Of a stretch of DNA of 64,000 nucleotides, positions 11,215 to 24,503 are shown one piece after another. Each line of letters begins with the position of its first letter. The first letter of the stretch is position 1. A program made the translations under genes and the position numbers. The notes below the pieces were generated by a model. It made no database searches and was not told the origin of the DNA. It saw only the letters and a list, made by a program, of their open reading frames with translations. Source of the stretch: Fonticula alba ATCC 38817 (Eukaryota > Protista > Nucleariida); the NCBI GenBank assembly GCA_000388065.2, contig KB932203.1. The stretch is one strand, 5' to 3'.

Positions 11215-14074
11215 CCGGCCCTAGGGCAGCCGCTGGGGTGGGGGGGGAGGCGAAAGGCCGGCACGGCGCAGGTCGTGCATCGGAAGACATGCCCGGGGGG
11301 GGGGGGGTCTGCGAGGGGCCCGGGTCTCGGGGGTCGCCGCGAGTGAGACCTCCCTTGCCGGCCTTCCTTTTCCGGCCGCACGGGGAGATACCCCCCTGCG
11401 GGGTGAGGGTGGTGTGCGGCCGTGTTGTGGCAGGGGTTGCTGCTTGTGGCCTTGCTCCGGGCATGCCGCGCGCCCTACCGCGGGCCGGGAGGCGCGCCCT
11501 CGGTGCGCAGATTAAGAGATTGTCCAAGAGCATGGGAACCGGGCCGTGGGCGGATTGCGCGATTGCCGCGGGCGCGCCCAGGCCACGGCGCTATCTCCCT
11601 CGGGCCCTGGGCGGGCCGACCTCGGTACTTGGCCCTGCGCCGGGCCTGGAGTCCCGGCAAACTTGCGCCCGGCCGCGGGCGGCTCCGACATGTCGGTGCG
11701 CGTGCGTGTGTCTCTCTGTGTACATGGGGGGCGGGAGTCTGAAGGCGCCAGTCGGGCACAGTCGAGAGGGCCGGGGCCGGTGGTGGGAAGGGGCTCCTGA
11801 CGGACACGATCCCCGCCAGCCGCCGGGGCCGACGCGCCCGAGAGATCGGCCAAACGACCGGCCGTTCTCCGCCGGCCGGGGGGGGGGGGGGGGGGCGGGG
11901 ACAGCGGGCCTGGACCGGATGCGTGACCTCGTCGTCGGCCCACCCTCTGGGGGGCGCCGCCTCCACCCCGGACCCTGGGGGCTCCCAATGTACGTCTCCG
12001 CCGGGGCCTCGGTCACGGAACGACGAGGGGCGATGGACGAGGAAATGCATTTATGCCCACGGAGACGGGGTAAACACAGGGCTGCTCCCGCGCGGCATTG
12101 GGGCGTCGCCCCCGGTCGACCGTCGCGATAGTCGGCCCGGTGTTTATATTAAGCCGGAGGGCGGGCCGGCGGCGGTGGGGGACTCCTTTTTGTACGTCCG
12201 CCAGCACGGCATCCGCCGGCGTAGGGGGGGGGGGCGACCGATGGCCGCCTTGATCCGACGGCCGCATCACCGGTCTTCCTTCTCGACACACCGCGCCCGG
12301 GCCCCGGGGTCCGGCTAGAAGTCGCGGAGCCGGAGCCCGTGCCCGGAGAAATAGGCCCCCCCCCCCGCCCCGCCTCGGCCTCTGGGCGCCGAAGAGGGTG
12401 GCCCCCACATCTCCGCCGCCCGGGGCCCGTGGGCGTGCGCTGGTATTTCTGCGTGCGCGGAAAAAGCACGCCCGCGCAGCTGGGGCCCGAAGGCATTATC
12501 ACCCGGCGGGGATTCGCGGCGACGCGCCGGCGTGGGGGGTCTCCTGCGTCCTCCACACGGGGCACGGCGCGCGCCCACATGAGCCGGCCAGCCAGCCAGC
12601 CAGCCAGCCAGTGTGCCCTCCAGCCAGGGTGGGATACAGGATGACTCTTTTTCATTTCGCCCACCGCCGGGGAATATTCCGTCGTCCCACCAACCGCCGG
12701 GGCCCTCGCCGCCCCCCCCCCCCCCCCCCCGAGGCTTTCTCGCACGTTTCCCCCCGTCTGGGGCGGCCGCGTTCAGGTGCTCCCCGGGCCGGGTGGGGGC
12801 AGAGCCCGTGTGCTCCGCGACTCGCCTGCCTGGATGTTTGCCGCGGGCCGCCGGCCACATTCTGAGCGCGGGAGGGGGAGCACTCGGGCGGGGGGGGGGG
12901 GGAACGGCCGGAGAGGGGCGCGTTTAGAATCCACCGAGGAATGCCCAGCCAGATGTGCCCGGTTTGTGCGCAGCCCCCCGGGCCCGGCTGGCCGAATCGC
13001 ACCAGCGATCTGGCCTGATGTGTTCGGCCACGGCCCCCGCCACCCGGCTTCCGGCCAGGACAAGGTAGGATGACCGCCATAATCGGCATCCTAACTTCCC
13101 GCGTTTTTGGGCACCCTTGGCCGGATCGGCGCCGCCCGGCGGCTTTCCTCGGACACAGTCGTTCCCGGAACCGGCTGTTGGCCTCTTCGTTGAGTCCTCC
13201 CTGTCCCCCCCCCCGCCCCCCCTTTGGGCCGCCCCCCGGGGAGGAGGGGGCGGGCGACTTCGGGCCCGCTCAAGCCGCGCTCTTCTCGCAGCAGTGCCCA
13301 GGGAAGAGATCAGATAAGACAAAGTCGGAGAAAGATGGTGATTTGATGTGTGCCCGCGGCCCGGCCGAACTGCCGAGCCAGCCGCCGGCCGGCCTTGCCC
13401 AGGAAGGCTCTCGGCGCCCTGCCCTGCCCTGCCCTGCCCCCCCCCCCCCGTCTCCCGGGCTAACACCGGGTGTGCCTATGCACCCCGGCTCCGAGCCCCC
13501 GAGTCCGAGGCAATGCGGCGCCGAGCGAACAGTTCCAGCACCGAGCTATAGTCCTCCCTCTTCTCTCTCTCTCTCTCTCTCTTGCTCGGATGTTTGCCCT
13601 GTCTTGCCCCTGGGAAAGCTGATGCCTGGGAATCGTGGCATCTGAAGGGGATGCCTTGGCCGTTTCCCATTGCAGGCGACCCTGGCCATTGCACGGCGAG
13701 GCGCGGCGGGTGTGGATGTATTCACTCTCCCTCCGCTGGTCCGCCGCCGCCGCGCATGCTGGACCGGAAGTGTGTGTGTGCGTGTGTGTGCGCATGTGTA
13801 GGACCGGGGCGGGGGCGGGGGCGGGGGCGGGGGCGAGGCGGGCGGAGGCCCCGGGACGCGTCCCCCGCCCCCCGCGAGCCCGTCCCAGGGGTGTATGGCC
13901 CCTCCTCAGCGCCTCCCCCCGCTCCTCTCGAGCCTCAAAAAACACCCCCTTCAAGACGTCGCTCCTTCGACCGGGACAGATGCTTTTCCCCCTCCCCCTC
14001 CCCCCCCCTGAAGAGAGCGCCCCACTCCTTCCTCGTCCCTTCCTCCGCCGCCGCTCTTTCTAACCAGCGCGAGC

Positions 14075-15758
14075 ATGGCCATCCTTCGCCTCGCCGGGTC
14101 GCTTCTGACCCTGGGCCTTTCCCTGGCCGCCGGCCTCGGCTCCGCGGCCCCGGTCCCGGTGTCCGCCGACATCGCCGACCAGCGCTCCTGGTATGCCCTG
14201 TCGACCAACGGCGCTTCCGTCGTTGGCGGTGGCTTTGACCTGGAGTACCTCGTCTCCAACACCGACCTTCGCGGTGTCTACGTACGTGTGCCCTAGTCTC
14301 CCCCCCCCCTCCCCCCCTCGCCGCCACTCAACGTCCACAATGATCCGCGCCTCCTCCCCCTCCTGCTCTGCCCGGTTTCCGACTGCTCACCTCGATGCCT
14401 TGCTGCTGTCCCCCCTTGCTCCCGTGTCTGGTCGCGCGCGCCGGCCCCCCCCCCCCCACCCTACACAGGGCCGTGATGAGCGCTTTGCCCTCGTGGTCGA
14501 CACCCCCTCCGGCATTGACCGCCTGATGGACGCCGGTGACATGAAGGCCGTTCGCCTGTCGGACTTCGCCGACGCCGAGGAGGCCTACACCGACCAGGCC
14601 TCCCCCCTGTACGACATGCATGTGGTCCAGTGCTCCTCGCCGGAGCAGTTCCGCCAGCTGCGCGCCCTGACGGCCGAGATCGCCACCGAGCGCCAGCGCC
14701 GCGCCGATGACGGCCTCGATTCGTACGACTTCGCCGCCGACCTGGTTCACCTGTCCCCCCGGTATGATGTCCTGGTGTACCGGACCCCGGCCGGCCGGCC
14801 GCTCGATGCTCGCATCGACCCGCACATCTACGAGGTCATGCGCGCCGGTCGCCGCACCATGCGCATCCCCCCCCGGACCTTCAAGCAGAGCCCCGCCTAC
14901 AACCATGTGAAGCTCTACTCGCCGATCATCGAGCAGGCCGTCAACAGCGTCAACACCGGCAACCTGCGCAACGTCGTGCAGCACCTGTCCGAGAAGTACC
15001 ACACCCGCCACTCCATGTCCCGCGGTGCCGTCGATGCCCAGGCGTACCTGGCCTCGCGCCTGCAGTCCATGGGCCTGAGCGTCAGCCTGCAGCAGTTCAA
15101 GGAGGGCTACTCGCGCAATGTCATCGGCGAGCTGCGCGGCGCCCAGGAGCCCGACCAGATCGTCGTCATCGGTGCCCACTATGACTCCCGCATGAACGAT
15201 GTCAATGACCCGCTCAGCCGGGCGCCCGGTGCCGATGACAATGCCTCCGGCTCCTCGGCCCTGATGGAGCTGGCTCGCATCTTCACCAGCAACAACGCCA
15301 CCTACCACTACACCGTGCGCTTCGTCTTCTTCAGCGGCGAGGAGCAGGGCCTCTACGGTTCGGAGGCCTACGCCAACTCGCTGGCCGCCGCCGGTGAGAA
15401 TGTCATCGCCATGTTCAATGCCGACATGCTGGGCTACCGTGTTCCTGGCACCCCGATCACTCTGGGCATGAAGGACCGCTACATCACCGAGTGGCTGCTG
15501 GCCGTTGCCGAGGACATCATGGCCGTCTATGTGCCCAACCTGCCGGTTTCGCGCAGCTCCTCCTGCTGCTCGGACTACCGCTCCTTCTACTATGCCGGCT
15601 ACCCGGCCATCGGCTTCTTCGAGAACCCCACCACCGCCTCCACCTACCCGCAGTACCACACTTCGGATGATGTCATGGCCAACCTGGACTTCGAGCAGCT
15701 GACCATGGAGACCAAGGCCTTCCTGGCCACTGCCATGACTTTCGCCGTGCCCCGGTAA
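14075..15758 (+). CDS. Secreted/lysosomal M28-family zinc aminopeptidase, ~498 aa, 2 exons (14075-14281, 14469-15758)
   Basis: Signal peptide MAILRLAGSLLTLGLSLAAGLGSA. M28 motifs VVIGAHYDS, APGADDNASGS, FSGEEQGLYGS, NADMLGY and YHTSDD contain all five Zn ligands plus the catalytic Glu. Intron GTACGT..CAG is phase 0. Confidence 0.93.
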
Positions 15759-17074
15759 GCAGCCGGCTACCCTCGTGCGGCAGTCTCTCTCTCTCTCCCC
15801 CTCCCTCCCTCCCTCTCCCTCCTCCATAACCACGAAGGCGGCGGATGAGGGGGGGGGGGCCTCAACCCACTGAACGTTTCCTCCGGCCGGGGANNNNNNN
15901 NNNNNNNNNNNNNNNNNNNNNNNNNNNNNNNNNNNNNNNNNNNNNNNNNNNNNNNNNNNNNNNNNNNNNNNNNNNNNNNNNNNNNNNNNCTGCCCAGCCC
16001 CCGCCGCCGCCACCGGCGCCTGCAAGGTGACTGGAGTTGGGGGGGGGGGGGGGGGGGCGGGGGGGAGTGTCCTTTGGCCGAGAAGGTGAGGGCGCACATC
16101 GGGCCCATGGGAAGAATCCAAGGCGCCGGGGGGATGGCAATCACCCCGTCCCTTCGGCCTGTCTTCCCTGTCCATTTGTGTGTTCCTCCTCCTTGTTCGT
16201 TCCCTCCCCCCTCTCCCTTGCTCCTCTTGAGGTGCTGCTTTTGCGCGCACGCGCATTTGCACGCGCGAAGGGTGTCGGAGAGACGGCACAGTCCTTCCAT
16301 ACGCGCGTACGTACCCCACGTGTGAGTGTGTGCAGCATTCCCGGGGGGGGACGATACGGTAGACGAATGGCCCCGAAGGAGGCGAGCGGGAGGGCGACTG
16401 TGTGCGTGAGGAGAGTGAGAGAGAGAGGTCTCCCCCTCCCTTTCGCGCGCATGCAGTTGAAAGCACGGGGGGCCGGACCGCGATGGCAGCACGCCGGCCA
16501 AAAAGCAGCAAGCGGACATGTGCGGCGGTGTGTGGTGTGTTCGTTCTCCGTGATCAACACGGTGAACAGAGAGGCAGGCGAGAGAGGTGCCGGTGTGTGG
16601 TGTCATGCAAACTGTGTCATGTGCTTGCACGCTCTCCCTCTCTCTCTCCTCCCCCCTCCCCCCCCCCTTCCCTTGGGCTGGCTCTGCCTCTGCCTCTGTC
16701 TCTCCCTCTCCCTCTCCCTCTCCCTCTCCCCCTCCTCTGTCCTCCCTTTCCTTCCTTCCCTTCTCCTCCCCCTGCCCATGCGCCCGCGCGCGGCTTCTCT
16801 CTGTCCTTCTGGCTTGCCCAATCTACGCCTCTCTCCCACTTCACCACAACCCTTTGTTGCTCTCTGCACACGCCCTCTCAGCCATTTTGCGAAGGGGGCA
16901 TGCTGCGGCTTTCCCTTGTGTGTATCTTCAACCTTCCGCTTTGCGCGTGCGGCAAGCGGCGCGCGGCGGTGTGTTCTTTCTTGTGTTTATCGCCGCCATG
17001 TGTGTGTGTGTGTGTGTGTGTGTGTTTGTGTCCTCAACATCTGCGTGTTTCTCCACACGCACATACCCACATAC

Positions 17075-17106
<32 letters not shown>

Positions 17107-20100
17107 TACTCCGCATGCTGGACGGTGCTGGTGGGATCTTGCATTCTCCCGCCCACTTCCTCCTGTACATGGTGTCCCAAACAGCGACTGCACATGCTGC
17201 GTCTCACATGTGTAACAACAGCACAATACGATGGCCTTTTTGCGATGCTAGTTCTCGAGTTTTATTTTGGTTCTTGCCCTTCTTCCTAAGGGGGGGTCAC
17301 CCCGGCACATGCTTGTATGTAGTACAGAGATGCTGATGCGCCGTTGTTTGTCGGTGCTGGCGCCTCGGGCAGAGGGGGACCGTGGACTCGGGAGGGGATT
17401 CCGGGCTGGAGGCACATTGTGCGGGCCCAAGCATGGGGGCCGTTCGCAGGTGTCGTATCAAGGGCAACAGAAAGGCCAACCGGACATCACACCCCTCTTG
17501 CAAGGTCACCCCCTCGCGTAGTCACGAGACGGACCACGGACCGGCTTAGCATATGGGGTTTTTTCCGGGCCGGCTCCCGGGGCGTCGGGCGGCGGAGCAG
17601 GTCATCCGCCGGATGGCCTGGAGGGGGCTGAGTCCGCAGGCCGGAGGGCGGTGGAGGATGAGGGTTGGTAGGCCCCTCGCACAAAAGGCGGCAGTTATAT
17701 GGGGGCTCTGGTCGGTGGTAATCGCTCGTGTCTGTGCTGTTTCCAGTCGCGGCTTTCGTCGGGACTTTGTGTCTGTGCGGGACCTGCGCGCTGTCGGACC
17801 TCTGGCGGAGCGGAACATTTGGTCCGTGCCCACACACCGGGGGGGGGGGAGCGGCATTCATACCTCCCCGGGTCCGCCGCAAGATCATGACCGGGGCCGG
17901 GGGGGGGGGGGGATCAGGCTGGGCGAGGCGTCGCAACACCTGGCTGCTCCCCACGGCCGGCGCATGTGGCCAGGGGGGGAATGTCTGGCCAAATCGGGTC
18001 AATCATCGGGCGGCGAAAGGTTGAGGGGGGGCTGTGTGGGCAGCAATCCCCCCCCCCCCCCCCCGGCCCTGCGCGCTCACATGGCCGCCGATATCGTCGG
18101 CGGAGAGTCAGCGGTGTGCGGGGACCGCCGAGACACATGCGCCCACGGCTCGGGGGGGGGGGGCGGGCGTGCGTGCGTGCGTGCATATAATGTGGCCACT
18201 CCGCTGACGGTGGTATTTGGGCGGTCCCCCTGTGGCTATTTATATTCATGCGCCCGAATGAATGTGCGCGCGATCGTGTGTGTGTGTGTGTGTGTGTGCG
18301 AGCGTTTCCTCCATAAATGGGCTCGTGGGGCCGGTCTGTAGGCCAGGGAGCAGGAGCCGGGGGAGAGGGGGGTATTGGCCTGAGCGGAGGCAAGGTGCTT
18401 TGTGTCGCCCCCTCCCCCTGCTCGCCCCCGGGACCAGGGCAGGGGTGGGTCAGCCGCCATGAGCGGATCATTGTTGTTATTATTTCGTCGCTGCCCACGG
18501 GGGGGGGGGGGGAAGATACGGGGGCCGAGCTCGCCTTTGGTGCCGCACCGAAAGAAGGCGGCCTCATGGAGAGGGGAGGCGGGGGCCGGTAAGATGTGCG
18601 GTGTTCCGATCCCCGGCATCCTTGGTCAGCCTGGCGAGCGTGCATGGGTGTGTGTGAAAGAGGGAGTGTGATTATTATTCCCCCCCCCCCCCCCCGGCCC
18701 GCACGTTCCCAGCCTTGTCCCTGGCGGGACAGGGTGACCATATGTTCCATGTTCTGGCCGAATGACGCCGGGGATTTACCCGGCTGCCGGGGGGCGGGGG
18801 GGGGGTTAGGACGCGTGCGGCGTGGTCGCGCGGCCCCCGGAGCGTCGTCGGGTCACATCATACTCTTGGCCAGCGACCCTGGCCCGGGGGGGGGGAGGCA
18901 GGAGACCAAGGTGAAGAGGCGAGGGCTTCAGCAGGGGGATGCCCTTCCCCAGGCGTGCGGTATGCCAATTCACCTTGGCCTGGTGCGTCGGCGGGGCCTT
19001 CCCAAATTTGGTCGGGCGCGTCGGATACCTGGTTGTGCACCGGACCCGGAGTGGGGGCCGGCTCTGGCTCTGGCCCGGCGGCGAGCCCGCACTCTCGGGT
19101 GTTCCTTTTTTTTCCGCGTGCAGCGTCCTCGTCGCGCATGGGTGGTGCCCTCGCTCCGCGCCAAGCGGTCTTCCCATTTTTCTTCGGCTGCCGCCCCCCG
19201 TGCCCGCTGCAGGCCGGGCCGGGCACCTGGACCGGGGCCCTGCCTCCCGCTGCGCATCTCTCTCCGGCCACCCTTTAAAGCAAGTCATCTTCCGCCGGGC
19301 GTGGCCCATGCTCGGTGCGTTAACGGCGATCCTTCGGTGAGGCCCAGGCTCTTGGCCCCGGGGCAGCAGCCTTGGCATCATATGGTGTCCTGGGGGGGGG
19401 GGGGGGGGGGGGGGGGGAGGGCGCCGGAGGCCAAAGGCCTGGGGGCCGCATGCCCTTCCTCACCCGCCCGGACTTCACGTCAGTGCTTGCCTCAGCCCGC
19501 TGAGGTCCTCTCGTTGCGGGAGGGGAAGCTCCACAAGGAGGGGCAGGGCCGGGGCGCCCCCTGGACGCGGGCAGCCCCCACCCCACGGGCGGTGAGGCTT
19601 TCGCCGGGGACCGGGGGGCGGGGGGGGNNNNNNNNNNNNNNNNNNNNNNNNNNNNNNNNNNNNNNNNNNNNNNNNNNNNNNNNNNNNNNNNNNNNNNNNN
19701 NNNNNNNNNNNNNNNNNNNNNNNNNNNNNNNNNNNNNNNNNNNNNNNNNNNNNNNNNNNNNNNNNNNNNNNNNNNNNNNNNNNNNNNNNNNNNNNNNNNN
19801 NNNNNNNNNNNNNNNNNNNNNNNNNNNNNNNNNNNNNNNNNNNNNNNNNNNNNNNNNNNNNNNNNNNNNNNNNNNNNGGGGGGGGGGGAGGCGAAGTCCC
19901 GCTTGCCGCTGGTGATGTGGGCAAGGAGGGCCTGGCGGGCCGTGCCGCGCGGCGGACCGCCCCAGGGCGGAGATCGCCCCCGGCATGGGAGCGGGAGCAC
20001 CCCGCCCCCGCCCCCGCCCCCGTCAGGTCGGGTGCTGCCCCTCTCGGGCACCACGCCGGCAGCCCCAACCGCTGGGGCAGATTGGCCGGGCGGCCCCCAA

Positions 20101-20994
20101 CCGGGCACGCGCGCCCGGGGCCTCCGCCGCAGGGGAGGGCCGCGTGAGCCCTCGCCCTTCCCACGATCTGCCAATGTGCTGGTGCCCGCTTGGCCGGATG
20201 CCCCCTTGTCCCTCTCCCCCCTCTCGTTGCCCTGTCCGCGCGGCGGCTCAGTCGGCGCGGGGAGGCCCTCCGGTTCACAGGGCCGCCCGGGCCGCGTGTG
20301 CGGATGTTATTTTATCCCCCCCCCCCCGCCCCCGCCCCCGCCCCCACCCCAGCCCGCGACCCCCGCCCGCGCAGCCTGCCAGGACTTGGGGCACGGCGCA
20401 AAGGCCATCCAACTCCAATGCTATATGCGGTATGTCCGGGCGCGCGCGCGCGCGCGCGCCCGTGCACAGCGCACTGACCTCGTGAAACGTTCTGGGCCCC
20501 CGGGGGTCCTCCCCATCCGACCCGTGTGTCGGGCGTGTGGCGCCCCCTTCCCCCCCCCCCCCCCCCGGCCCCCACCTGGCGGAGGGTCTGCGGCTCGGGC
20601 CGGGCGGTTTGCAAGAGACAGATACCTGTTGGGCGCGGTCCCGGAACGGGGGGGCGGGGGACATGGCTCCCCTTGTCCCTCGCTCCCCTCCCTTCCCCCG
20701 TGTCCGACACGCACGCGCGCACGTACACACACACTCAAGTGAAACACCACTCGGCCCCGGTGCACTGACGCGCCCGCCCCCACACCCTGGTTATTGGGTA
20801 TGATCCCTCCCTCCCCCTCCCCTCTTCGCTTTCCTCCCCCGCCCCCCCCCTCCCCTCCCCTCCTGACAGCCCCCCCCCTCCCCTCCCCCGCCCTGCCAGC
20901 CCCCCTCCCCCGCCTTCCTCCCTACACGGAACTCCGGAAGCAGCCAGTTCCCGCGCGAGACCCCGTCCCCCGCGTGCGCCCTCCCCGCCCCACC

Positions 20995-23113
20995 ATGACC
21001 ACCTCAGTCAGTCCTCTTCCCGCCGCGGGAACGAGCGACACCTCCCCCCTGCTGGGCAATGACCCGTCGGTCTCGTACGACTCGGCCGGCCTCTATGCCC
21101 CGGAGGAGGATCCTCACGCTCTCAAGGAGAAGCGTATCGAGCGGTGCGCCCTCTTGACTTCTCGCCCGCCCGCCCGCCCGCCCGCCCGCTTCCCTCTCCT
21201 CTGGCTTTTCGCTTGGCTCCGCCTCGCACCCCTCATCTCACCCCTTGGCCCCTCCCCCCCCCCCCCAACAGCATCGCCATCGCCATCTCTGTGTTCGTCA
21301 TGTTCATGGGCTCCATCATGTTTTCTATCACCCTCTCCTCGATGGTCTACTTCTTCGATATCCTCGAGGGTGTGCCGACCATTGAGGCGCGCGACCCGAC
21401 CCAGTCGCACTACCCCCTGGACGGGATGGGCTTCTACGGGCTCATCGTGGCCGCCTTCTCCCTCGGCCAGGCCATCTCCTCGCCGCCCTTCGGCTACTGG
21501 TACAACCACCGCTCCGCTCGCGGCCCCTACATCTTCGGCATGTGCTTCATCTTCTTCGGCTCGGTCCTGTACTTCCTGTGCGTCGGCAAGTGGATGATGT
21601 TCTTCGCTCGGCTGATCATCGGCATTGGCGCCGGCACGGCCACCGTTTGCCGGACGCACGTGGCGGTCGCCACCCCGGTGGACAACCGCACCGGTGCCAT
21701 GGCCCTGGTGGCCGCCGCTCAGGCGGTCGGCTTCATCATTGGCCCGGCCTTCTCGCTGGCCTTCGGCGATGTCAACCTCCGCATGGCTCCCTACCTGTTC
21801 TTCGACAAGTATACCGTCCCCGGGTTTGTGTCCTGCCTGCTGGCGGTCATTTCCTTCCTGGCGGTGGTCTTCCTCTTCCGTGAGACCGAGCTCGAGCGCA
21901 TGAACAAGCTGAATGCTCGCCTGGAGGCCGGCGAGCAGGAGAGCATGCTGGACAAGGTCAATGCCAAGTTCCGCACCCTGGTCAACCGTGCCACCACCAC
22001 CATGGGCCTGGGCTCGGTCAACTCCAGCGACGACTCTGCCCCGATTGGCGGGTCTTCCCTCAATGCCGACACCGCGGCCAATGTCGAGGTCGATGCCAAC
22101 GAGGAGGACGAGATTGTCTTCGACCGCACGGCCATCTACGTCAACATGGTCATCTTCTTCTTCATCACTTCCTCCTTCTCGGTGTTCGAGACCATTGCCA
22201 CTCCCTTCACGTCGGTCAACTTCGGCTGGAGCGTCGCCGACAACTCCCTCTTCCTGACCCTGGCCGGTCTGAGCTCCGTCGTGTCCTTCATCGCGGTCAA
22301 GCCCCTGTCCGCTCGTGTTGGCGATCGCCCGCTCCTCTTTGTCGGCCTCATCCTGGCCGCCACCGGGCTGCTCATCCGTGTTGGCTTCGGCTACCCGGAC
22401 TGGGTCATTTCCGAGACTCAGTATTGGATTTCCACCTTCTGCCTGTACACCATCGGCTACCCGATCTCCAATGCCATTTGCTTCTCGGTCTTCTCCAAGA
22501 TCATGGGCCCGGCCCAGCAGGGCACCCTGACTGGTTGGCACATGCTTGTCGGTGCCGTGGCTCGCCTGGTTGGTCCCCTGTGGGCCAGTGCCCTGTTCGA
22601 GGTCCGTGCTGCTCTTCCTTCTTCTTTCGGCCTTTCCCCTCCCCCTTGCATCTGTGCCATCCTCCTTTCCCGCTCGGCGCCGCGCCTGTTCCCCATCGAC
22701 TGACATCTTTGGCCTTCCCTCCGTTTCACCTCCTCTTCCAATCCGCATCCCCGCATTCCCGCATTCCCGCATTCCCGCACGCGCACAGGTCGACCAGCGT
22801 GCCATGTATGTCTTCGGTCTGACCGCTGCCATGAACTACTTCGCTGCCGTCCTGGTTTTGGTCTTCTGGAAGCGCCTCGTGCCTTACGGCGAGAATGAGC
22901 ACAGCTCCGGTTACCGTGCCGTCCCGTATGAGGCCAACTCCGACAGCGATTCCGCCTCCAACGAGGACGACTCGGCGCCGCTCCTGTCCGGCTCGGCTGG
23001 CGTCGGTGTGTCCGACTTCCAGAAGCCTGTCCTCTCGACGCCTTCCATGTCGGTCCCCTCGGCTTATGACGATCACAACCCGTACCTCGCCTCGAGCCAC
23101 AACGACACCGCCG
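20995..23113 (+). CDS. MFSD8: MFS transporter, MFSD8/CLN7-like; exons 20995-21143, 21272-22601, 22789-23113; the 3' end probably runs into the gap at 23148-23372
   Basis: About 12 hydrophobic segments. AAFSLGQAISSPPFGYWYN, FARLIIGIGAG and GFIIGPAF are typical of this MFS subfamily. Acidic dileucine motifs occur at both termini. Splice phases are consistent. Confidence 0.8.
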
Positions 23114-23700
23114 GTGCGTGCCCCATCCCTTCTTTCTCCCCCCCCCCNNNNNNNNNNNNNNNNNNNNNNNNNNNNNNNNNNNNNNNNNNNNNNNNNNNNN
23201 NNNNNNNNNNNNNNNNNNNNNNNNNNNNNNNNNNNNNNNNNNNNNNNNNNNNNNNNNNNNNNNNNNNNNNNNNNNNNNNNNNNNNNNNNNNNNNNNNNNN
23301 NNNNNNNNNNNNNNNNNNNNNNNNNNNNNNNNNNNNNNNNNNNNNNNNNNNNNNNNNNNNNNNNNNNNNNNNCCCGCCCTTCTCCGCCTCGGTGGCTCTC
23401 CTCCTCCATATGGGCCCTCTTTTTTTTGTCCTTCTCCCCCCTTCTGCCGTCCATCATTCGCTCCCTTCCCCTCTCTTACCCATGTGTTGCCCTCTGCTCC
23501 GCCTCATCTCTCCCAAACAGACGGCCTGTAAGTGTGCTCAAACATCCTTTCTCGGGTGCGCATGCGTGCGTGTGACTGGCCGCATTTTGTGGCCTCGCCG
23601 CTCTTGCTTTCGTCCCTCTCTGCGCTTGAGAAAGGGGATCTCCCCCTTCGATGGCATATGCGCATGCCGTGAATGTGTGTCGGCTGGGGGGGGGGGGGGG

Positions 23701-24126
23701 GGGGGCTGCGTATATGAATGTATGTGTGTGTGCGCGCGCGTGCATGCGCGCCGCTCCATCTATCTTCAGCCCTGCGCGCGCCGATCACTGCCCCTTCTTT
23801 GACAATTGCCCAGCACGCGATTTGTTCAGCAAGTGCCCTTGTGAATTCCAGCTTTTTAAAAATAAAACGATCAAACTTTCCGAACACAACGGAGGTGCCG
23901 CGACGTGTGCTCTTCCGATCTGGGGGCGGCTGCGTATATGAATGTATGTGTGTGTGCGCGCGCGTGCATGCGCGCCGCTCCATCTATCTTCAGCCCTGCG
24001 CGCGCCGATCACTGCCCCTTCTTTGACAATTGCCCAGCACGCGATTTGTTCAGCAAGTGCCCTTGTGAATTCCAGCTTTTTAAAAATAAAACGATCAAAC
24101 TTTCCGAACACAACGGAGGTGCCGCG
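23701..24126. repeat. ~200-bp direct duplication (about 23701-23902 and 23922-24126) joined by adapter sequence; assembly artefact
   Basis: GGCTGCGTATATGAATG...CAACGGAGGTGCCGCG occurs twice, separated by the Illumina adapter. Confidence 0.93.
23902..23921 (+). other. Illumina TruSeq adapter/read-2 primer remnant GACGTGTGCTCTTCCGATCT
   Basis: 20-nt exact match to the 3' end of the TruSeq read-2 primer, at the junction of a duplication. Confidence 0.97.
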
Positions 24127-24503
24127 CGGCGCACTCGCACGCGGCCTTGTGCCTGGCAATGCGCAGCCCATGTGCGGTCTGAGACCCACACACACACACA
24201 CAGGTGCAGGGCACCAATGACCCGACGGAGAGAGGGAAAAGTCTTGCCTGGTCGGAGAGCAATCCATTCGCTCCTCCCCCGCCCCTCTCTTCGCCCGGCT
24301 TATATGAAAAGGACATCCAAAATGGAGAGAGTATGCTTCGCATACATCTTCTCGCTGCGACGCCGAAATGAGGCTCGAAACATGTCTCCCGCCCCCCCCC
24401 CCCTACCCTCGGTCTCTTTTGTGGCGGTATCTCACGGTACAGAGCGATAGGCATGTCTAGTCTTGGCCGGGTCAAGGCGGTCACAAAGGAAAGAGCACGA
24501 GGC

